From Eledone cirrhosa (taxonomy: Eukaryota): 64,000 nucleotides of DNA. The DNA is taken from NCBI GenBank assembly GCA_964016885.1, contig OZ024747.1, positions 74,772,001 to 74,836,000 of the forward strand. Reading direction: 5' to 3'. The position numbers and the translations under genes are program-made. The notes beneath the pieces are model-generated. The model was not told the origin of the DNA, did not search any database, and worked only from the letters and a program-made list of their open reading frames with translations. Numbering within the stretch: position 1 is the stretch's first letter; the number at the start of each line of letters is the position of its first letter. Below, one piece after another: positions 55,476 to 64,000 of the stretch.

Positions 55476-55771
55476 TGTGTGTCTGTGTGTGTATGTGGTG
55501 TGTGTGTGTATGTGCATGCATATTTGTGGGTATGTACGTGTGTGTGTGTCTATGCATACATTTTTGTGTTTGTATGTATAATGTGTGTGTTTGTGTGTGT
55601 GTATTTGTCAGTGCATGCATATCTGAGGGCAAGTATGTGTATGTCCGTTTATGCCTGCATATTTTGTGTATGCATGCATATTTGTGTGTGTGTGTACGTG
55701 CATATTTTGGTATGTATATATGTGTGTGTACATGCATATTTTTTAATTTAACAATAATGATGATATGTGTA

Positions 55772-56263
55772 TGACTATATATGCACAGATGTGTGTATGT
55801 ATGAATGTATACGTGACTGCATACAGAAATGTGTGTATGTATGTGATGTATATGTGACTGCGTACAGAAATATGTGTATGTATGTGATGTATATGTGACT
55901 GCATACAGAAATATGTGTATGTATGTGATGTATATGTGACTGCATACAGAAATATGTGTATGTATGTGATGTATATGTGACTGCATACAGAAATATGTGT
56001 ATGTATGTGATGTATATGTGACTGCGTACAGAAATATGTGTATGTATGTGATGTATATGTGACTGCGTACAGAAATATGTGTATGTATGTGATGTATATG
56101 TGACTGCGTACAGAAATATGTGTATGTATGTGATGTATATGTGACTGCGTACAGAAATATGTGTATGTATGTGATGTATATGTGACTGCATACAGAAATA
56201 TGTGTATGTATGTGATGTATATGTGACTGCGTACAGAAATATGTGTATGTATGTGATGTATCT
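55772..56263. repeat. 41-bp minisatellite, about 12 copies
   Basis: Unit gtgactgc(a/g)tacagaaatatgtgtatgtatgtgatgtatat; starts at 55813 and 55854. Confidence 0.9.
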
Positions 56264-56653
56264 GCATAATTCAAGATAAATGCCATTTGCCGTAAATGAT
56301 ATTTATTTAATAAAATTTCACAAAGGTTTTTTTTCTGTGTGTGTTATATATTCCAGTTGTTCTTGAATAGAATCGGTAAAATAAATAAATGATATTTTAT
56401 AATATGAATATTTATTATATTTGTATATATTTTAAATAACGCTTGGCAATAGAAACAATAATAATATTTTCACTGTTTCAGAGTTTTTATATAATTATGA
56501 ATATTTCCATACCTTTAAAAATAAAGATATATATGTAAGTGTGTGTGAGAGTTAAAGGGTAAAAATAACTGTAGGTAATGTAAAGGAATGGTATTTGTGA
56601 TCCCATACTTTTAAGAATCAATATATATACATATATATGTGTGTGTGTGTGTG

Positions 56654-56684
<31 letters not shown>

Positions 56685-57389
56685 ATGTATATATAAATGT
56701 GTGTGTGTCAGTTAGAGAGGAAAAATAACTGTAGATAATGTAAGGAATGGTATCTGTGATCCTTGACAACCAAGCGCGAGAATATCCCAAGCAGCTTGTT
56801 CAGCCATCTTTACCAAGGTCACAGCTAAAATCTTGGTATTTTTACCATTGAAAAACAATAATATCTTGACAGAAGAAGTTGAAAATTTTTGTTTTTTTTC
56901 AAACAATGATAATTACATTAAAGTTATAATTATATGTAACATTAATATATTAATTGGAAAATAAAAAATATTAAATTATATATCTATTTAACTAGAATGT
57001 GAAATATAGTGACATAAATAGACATATTAAATACTTAATATTCCTTCGTTAGTCTTCATTAATAAGATCTTATATTTATTTCAAATAAGACATAAAATTA
57101 ACAATTATTGTGAAAAACAAAAATAAATGCAAAAACCAAATAATATTATGCCAGATTTTAATTGTATATTTTGTAATTTAAATTATATATATACCATTTT
57201 TAAATATTGATTTTAATAATTTAAATAATTTTTTATTCTCTTCTAACCTAATTTAAAATCATTTCTGATGAAACCATTAAGTAATATATATTCATTATAG
57301 AATAAATTCAATATGTTTATTACTCTCTCTATTTGGCTACTAATTACTAATTACTCATAACAAATTAAATCACATTATATAAATGATTG

Positions 57390-57424
<35 letters not shown>

Positions 57425-57542
57425 AAGAATGCACACGTACACATATATATATATACATAGATATATATCTATCTACACACACACACATATATACATATGT
57501 ACATATGGGTTATATCGAAAATTAATAATAACGCTCGATTCC

Positions 57543-57588
<46 letters not shown>

Positions 57589-58567
57589 TATATACAATAC
57601 AAGTAGTAATATATAGTATATGTATGTATATGCATCTGTGCATACATATGTACGTGTACACATATGTGTGAGTATATATATATATATATATATATATAAT
57701 TCAAAATTTAGAATCTTCTTCATGTACACACATACATATATTACAATATATTTTTTTCAATAGAATCATAATACAAAGCCATTTTATTGATTTACATATT
57801 CCATAGAATAAGATTAAATATTAAAAAAAACTGTGATGCTCTGTAGTATAGAGCAGAAATTGAGGAAAAGCAAATATATTGTGAGATGTCTAACATTATT
57901 AAAAATAAAAATGGAGGTGTACTGCATCATTCATTTCATAGAAAGGTTTTAAGCAAGAATTATGGCTATGTTTATTTATAAAGGATTATATTTTCAAGAA
58001 CTCTATTCACACACACACAGCTTCAGTCAGTAATTTATGAAAACCTCAGAGTGCTACTATCATAGCAGCTACTACTCAATATACTGTTTTTAATACCACT
58101 AACAGAAGAAGCTGTTTATGTGATTGCAACTAAAGCTACTACTCTTTTATTGGTTTGACTGAAGCACACACTACATTAGCTTAGCTGGACCTTCCTTAGT
58201 CTATGAAAAACCAACTGCAACCATGATTTGTGTTCCAACATACATAATAATTATTCTTGGACCATAGAAGTCTTGGCTAGACTTAATGTGGCTTCACTCT
58301 AATTTTATGACAGAAGAAAATAAAGACTGCATATGTGTGTGTGTAATGTGTGTATATGTGTGTGTTTCTGTGTGTATGTGTGTGTGTGTGTGTATAATGA
58401 CGAGATACATACATATGCATGCACATATACACATATATACATACATGTAAATGTGTGTGTGTGTGTGTATATATATAAATATATATATTGATATATATGT
58501 ATATACATATGTGAGTGTATATATATGTGTGTGTGTGTACATATATTTGTGTGTGTGTGTGTGTGCA

Positions 58568-58606
<39 letters not shown>

Positions 58607-58817
58607 TCACACATATATACATACATACATGTAAATGTGTGTGTATATATATATATATATATAAATATATATATTGATATATATGTATATACATATGTGA
58701 GTGTATATATGTGTGTGTGTACATATATTTGTGTGTGTGTGTGTGTTTGCATATATGTATATATATATACACTCACACATATATACATACATATAGATAA
58801 ATATGTATGCGTAGTTA

Positions 58818-58862
<45 letters not shown>

Positions 58863-59288
58863 TGATTGCAATTCTGTCAGATAAATTTATGTCTTCTGAA
58901 AATATTTGCTCCTCTAGTGTGTATGTGTGTCTGTGTGTCTGTGTGTATCTATGTGTGTGTGTGTATGTATGTATGTGTGTCTGTCTGTGTGTGTATATGT
59001 GTGTGTATGTGTGTCTGTGTCTGTGTGTGTATATGTGTATGTATGTGTGTCTGTGTCTGTGTGTGTGCATACATTTATTAAGTTATAAGCATATATTTGT
59101 ACATCATTTACTCTGATGTTAATTCATATATTACCATTTATATCAAGTGTAAAAGTGTGTGCATGTGTGTGTGTTTGTGTGTGTGCATGTGTGTGTATAA
59201 TCCTAATGTAAATCGGGGAGCGACCACTGTTAAAAAAGGTACTCAATACGTTAGTAGCATATAGGCATATTCATTTCATTTTAGAAAT

Positions 59289-59340
59289 GACTTCTACAGG
59301 ACTAAAACTGTTTCACTCTTAAGAAATCATCAGGAAAGTC
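59289..59340 (-). ncRNA. Type I hammerhead ribozyme in a short element (about 59200-59350)
   Basis: gactttc CTGATGA tttc-ttaa-gagt GAA acag-ttttagtc-ctgt A gaagtc. The attgagtac tail follows. A decayed sister copy lies at 59409-59530. Confidence 0.7.
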
Positions 59341-59349
59341 CTGATGATT

Positions 59350-59410
<61 letters not shown>

Positions 59411-59770
59411 GTAGATCCTGCACAAAATTGGTGGGTAACCACAGTTAAACAAGGTACTCAATACAATAGTAGCATTGCTAATCATTTCATACAAATGAAA
59501 CAGTCTTAGTCCTGTAGATTTCTATACTGAATAATGATGATATACATATATATATATCACCTTGACTGGCCAGTCTGTCGTGCTGTTTTAGCCATAATAT
59601 AACCGCCATCCCACTGGCTGGGCGGGCAGGGCGGTACTCATTTCTACAGCTGAGTAAACTGGAGCAACGTGAAATAAAGTGTCTTGCTCAAGGAAACAAC
59701 ACATCACCCGGTCCGAGAATTGAACTCACAACCTTTCGATTGCAAGGACAATGCTCTAAGCCATGCGTCT

Positions 59771-59801
<31 letters not shown>

Positions 59802-59807
<6 letters not shown>

Positions 59808-60740
59808 GACGGCTTCCGTTACCTGGGTGACAAAATCAGCAGTGGTGGAGGGTGCTCTGAAAGTACAGTAGCTAGAGTCAGAACTGGATGGAAAAAGTTC
59901 TCCCTAAAAATGATGAAAGGCAGGTTGTATGATGCCTGCATATGAACATCAATGTTGCATGGCAGTGAGACCTGGGCATTGTGTGCAGAGGATATACGCA
60001 GACTAGAGAGGATCGAAGCTTGCATGCTCCGCTGGATGTGTAATAGTAATATACGTGAACGGCAAAGCATTAACGAACTAAGGGAAAAATTAGATATAAG
60101 AGGGATCAGATGTTGTTTACTCGAGAGAAGGCTACGTTGGTAAGGTCACGTGATGCGCATGAAAGACGACAGCTGTATAAAAAAGTGCAGGGCAATAAAG
60201 ATAGACGGTAGCCACGGAGTAGGCAGACCCAGAAAAACCTGGGACAACTTGATAAATTCCGACCTCACACACTTACACCTCTCCAAGACAATGTCACTGG
60301 ACCGAGATCTTTGGCGGTACTCAGTAATAGAGAAGACCTGCCTTACCTAAATACAAAGTAAAACCTACTACAGTCAGTAGGCACCTCTAACAAAATACAC
60401 CCCCGTCCCACCACCCCCACCCCATCCACACCGCCCCTTTCCATGTAAAGTTATGTTGGTGCCACAACATCCAGGCCGAAACAAATGAGGTCGTGTAGGT
60501 GTCACGACAAAAAAACACACAGTCCACCCTGTAATGTGGCCGTGTAGGTAACACGGTAAAAACCTCCCAGTCCCACACTGTAAATGTGGTTGGTGTTAGG
60601 AAGGGCATCCAGCTGTAGAAAACCGCCAGACAGTCCTATGCGAGCAAGACAATCACTCTTGCCTCAAGTGGGAAAACTCCCGTCCAAACCCATGCAAGCG
60701 TCGAATATGGACGTTAAACGATGATGATGATGATGATGAT
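59802..60740 (+). mobile_element. RTE LINE family B 3' fragment
   Basis: VDGFRYLGDKISSGGGCSE, MLHGSETWAL, ERRLRW and GRPRKTW, with stops and a deletion; (ATG)n tail. Confidence 0.9.
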
Positions 60741-60843
60741 ATATATATATATTATATATTATATATATATATATATTATATATTTATTATATTTATATTA
60801 TATATTATATATATATATATATATATGTATTTATATATATATA

Positions 60844-61185
60844 GAGGCACATGGCTTAGTGGTTAGAGCATTGGCCTTGCAATCGAAAGGTTGTGAGTTC
60901 AATTCTCAGACCGGGTGATGTGTTGTTTCCTTGAGCAAGACACTTTATTTCACATTGCTCCAGTTTACTCAGCTGTAGAAATGAGATGATAGGAACTGGG
61001 GTCCCTATCATTCCACTGCAAAGTGGTCGTGGAGGTGCCACGGCAAAAAAGCACCCAGCACTCACTGTAAATGAGGTTGGTGTTAGGAAGGGCATCCAGC
61101 TGTAGAAATCAAGCCAGAATCAGTTCCCGTCCCACCCTTGCAAGCAGGGAAAAGCGGACGTAAAATGAAATTATGAAATGATGAT
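60844..61185 (+). mobile_element. Full-length CORE-like SINE with RTE-A tail
   Basis: Nearly identical to 44053-44390. Confidence 0.85.
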
Positions 61186-61198
61186 ATTTATATATATT

Positions 61199-61228
<30 letters not shown>

Positions 61229-61233
<5 letters not shown>

Positions 61234-61284
61234 AGTACTTTGGTGCGTTATGGTCCACCTGGTTCCTTACCACATTTCCTTCGT

Positions 61285-61285
<1 letters not shown>
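61229..61285 (+). mobile_element. 57-bp 3' terminus of the 31394 HHR element family
   Basis: Exact reverse complement of 31394-31450, embedded in (TA)n. Confidence 0.8.
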
Positions 61286-61315
<30 letters not shown>

Positions 61316-61345
61316 TATATATATAAATATATATTTATATATATT

Positions 61346-61404
<59 letters not shown>

Positions 61405-61491
61405 ATATTTATATATATACATTATGAAGAGAGAAGAAACATTTAGATATAATTAGTAATAAAATGTATCATACCTAAACTGTTCCTAAAT

Positions 61492-61579
61492 TCCTCGACT
61501 ACGTAGTTTCGTGGCATAAACAAAAACAATATATCAAAGATATAGAGTCCTTGCGAGGTCTGCCGACTTATCAAGAGGA
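61492..61579 (-). ncRNA. Type I hammerhead, U3-A8 variant, copy 1
   Basis: tcctc TTGATAA gtcggca-(44 nt)-tgccac GAA actacgtagt C gagga. Confidence 0.8.
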
Positions 61580-62082
61580 TACCTCATTTTACTAGTCTCA
61601 AGAACGCGTCTACACGACGTGAGAAAGAATCCCAAAAGGCGGAGGGGGAGATAGTCACGCGATATAACGGTCGAGAAACAGAGCTAAGCCTCTTATAACC
61701 ACGAAGAAAATACCACGGAGGCGGAGGGGGTATTCATATCGAGGCCGCAGAAGAGGTAGTGAAGAAGGCGAGAAGTATGAGTAATGGAAGCTTTCCAGTT
61801 GTCCCCACACTTCAAAGATTGCTCGACCAGAGGGAGTTATTAATATATTTAGAAACACACAGATACATGCGGACACACACATATATACATGAATGCATCC
61901 GCACCCAACTGTGAGTTAAGGGTGCCAACTTCACCGATGTTGCTCAATGAATGACTGGGACAGACCAATTCAGTTTGAACTAGACTGAACCAGTATCAGA
62001 GTTAAAAATACATTATGAAGAGAGAAGAAACATTTAGATATAATTAGTAATAAAATGTATCATACCTAAACTGTTCCTAAAT

Positions 62083-62170
62083 TCCTCGACTACGTAGTTT
62101 CGTGGCATAAACAAAAACAATATATCAAAGATATAGAGTCCTTGCGAGGTCTGCCGACTTATCAAGAGGA
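62083..62170 (-). ncRNA. Type I hammerhead, U3-A8 variant, copy 2
   Basis: Identical to copy 1, 591 nt away on the same strand. Confidence 0.8.
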
Positions 62171-62518
62171 TACCTCATTTTACTAGTCTCAAGAACGCGT
62201 CTACACGACGTGAGAAAGAATCCCAAAAGGCGGAGGGGGAGATAGTCACGCGATATAACGGTCGAGAAACAGAGCTAAGCCTCTTATAACCACGAAGAAA
62301 ATACCACGGAGGCGGAGGGGGTATTCATATCGAGGGGGTATTCATATCTGCGGCCTCGATATGAATACCCCCTCCGCCTCCGTGGTATTTTCTTCGTGGT
62401 TATAAGAGGCTTAGCTCTGTTTCTCGACCGTTATATCGCGTGACTATCTCCCCCTCCGCCTTTTGGGATTCTTTCTCACGTCGTGTAGACGCGTTCTTGA
62501 GACTAGTAAAATGAGGTA

Positions 62519-62606
62519 TCCTCTTGATAAGTCGGCAGACCTCGCAAGGACTCTATATCTTTGATATATTGTTTTTGTTTATGCCACGAAACTACGTAGT
62601 CGAGGA
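62519..62606 (+). ncRNA. Type I hammerhead, U3-A8 variant, copy 3 (inverted arm)
   Basis: Stem I 62519-62523/62602-62606, core TTGATAA 62524-62530, GAA 62588-62590. Predicted cleavage after C62601 (GUC). Confidence 0.8.
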
Positions 62607-62847
62607 ATTTAGGAACAGTTTAGGTATGATACATTTTATTACTAATTATATCTAAATGTTTCTTCTCTCTTCATAATGTATTTTTAACTCTGATACTGGT
62701 TCAGTCTAGTTCAAACTGAATTGGTCTGTCCCAGTCATTCATTGAGCAACATCGATGAAGTTGGCACCCTTAACTCACAGTTGGGTGCGGATGCATTCAT
62801 GTATATATGTGTGTGTCCGCATGTATCTGTGTGTTTCTAAATATATT

Positions 62848-62880
<33 letters not shown>

Positions 62881-62889
62881 ATATATATA

Positions 62890-63464
62890 TCATCATCATC
62901 ATCATCATCATCGTTTAACGTCCATGTTCCACGCTTGCATGGGTTTCAACGGGAGTTTTCCCACTTGAGGCAAGAGTGGTTGTCTTGCTCGCATAGGACT
63001 GTCTGGCGGGTTTTCTACAGCTGGATGCCCTTCCTAACATCAACCACATTTACAGTGTGGAACTGGGAGGTTTTTACCGTGTTGCCTACACGGCCACATT
63101 ACAGCGCGGACTGTGTGTTTTTTTGTCGTGACACCTACACGATCTCATTTGTTTCGGCCTGGATGTTGTGGCACCAACATAACTTTACATTGAAAGGGGC
63201 GGTGTGGATGGGGTGGTGGGACGGGGGTGTATTTTGTTAGAGATGCCTACTGACTGTAGTAGGTTTTACTTTGTATTTAGGTAAGGCGGGTCTTCTCTAT
63301 TACTGAGTACCGCCAAAGATCTCGGTCCAGTGACATTGTCTTGGAGAGGTGTAAGTGTGTGAGGTCGGAATTTATCAGGTCGTCCCAGGTTTTTCTGGGT
63401 CTGCCTACTCTGTGGCCCTCCACTTTTTTATACATATATTTTATATATATATATATTTATATAC

Positions 63465-63496
<32 letters not shown>

Positions 63497-63650
63497 ATCA
63501 TCATCATCGTTTAACATCCATGTTCCCCGCTTGCATGGGTTTGGACGGGAGTTTTCCCACTTGAGGCAAGAGTGGTTGTCTTGCTCGCATAGGACTGTCT
63601 GGCGGGTTTTCTACAGCTGGATGCCCTTCCTAACACCAACCACATTTACA
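62890..63650 (-). mobile_element. Two RTE family B 3' fragments (62890-63435 and 63498-63650)
   Basis: Reverse complement of 60180-60740, separated by (TA)n. Confidence 0.85.
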
Positions 63651-63659
63651 ATATATATT

Positions 63660-63780
<121 letters not shown>

Positions 63781-63910
63781 GAGTAGTGGTTGTTGTTTGC
63801 GAGGTGATGTGGTGTTTCTGTACTGATAAATAGCCAAGTGTGGATAAGGAGACAATAAGCATTTCACCTACTAAGCTGCGTTATTGTTGGTTGTTTATCC
63901 TTTCCTTTGC

Positions 63911-63964
<54 letters not shown>

Positions 63965-64000
63965 GATGGTTCAAAAGTCATCATTTTATGAAAATTTATT

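Larger units (their letters stand above)
61417..62847. mobile_element. Retrozyme/Penelope pLTR-like element: 591-bp unit in tandem plus inverted copy
   Basis: Unit 61417-62007 repeats at 62008-62335. Palindrome arms are 61842-62335 and 62354-62847 (1 mismatch seen). Three hammerheads; no long ORF; (TA)n on both flanks. Confidence 0.85.

Noticed and set aside
55360-56286. 308-aa ORF
   Set aside because: Product of a stop-free 41-bp minisatellite and (TG)n repeats.

Overview
AT-rich eukaryotic (animal) genomic DNA with no bacterial-type genes. The (TA)n/(CA)n/(ATC)n microsatellites, Nin- and CORE-type tRNA-derived SINEs and RTE LINEs suggest an octopus or other coleoid cephalopod genome; this is an inference. 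Almost all ORFs in the track are microsatellite artefacts. Real coding remnants are decayed RTE and CR1-group LINE fragments plus two or three isolated candidate host exons. The most striking signal is a dense set of hammerhead ribozyme (HHR) motifs in short non-coding insertions, mostly inside (TA)n tracts. Complete type I folds lie at 31755, 37565, 38028 and 59289, and partial or decayed ones at about 31490, 39205, 48425, 51600, 52390, 54441 and 59478. Many of these insertions have a head-to-head fold-back duplication at the 5' end and a shared ATTGAGTAC motif near the 3' end, as expected for Penelope-like or retrozyme-type elements. The best case is a young 591-bp unit at 61417-62847, present in tandem and as a 494-bp palindrome. 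It carries three identical HHRs with a compensatory U3-A8 core, a large structured loop II and a loop-less palindromic stem III. All folds and coordinates were read by eye and need computational confirmation.
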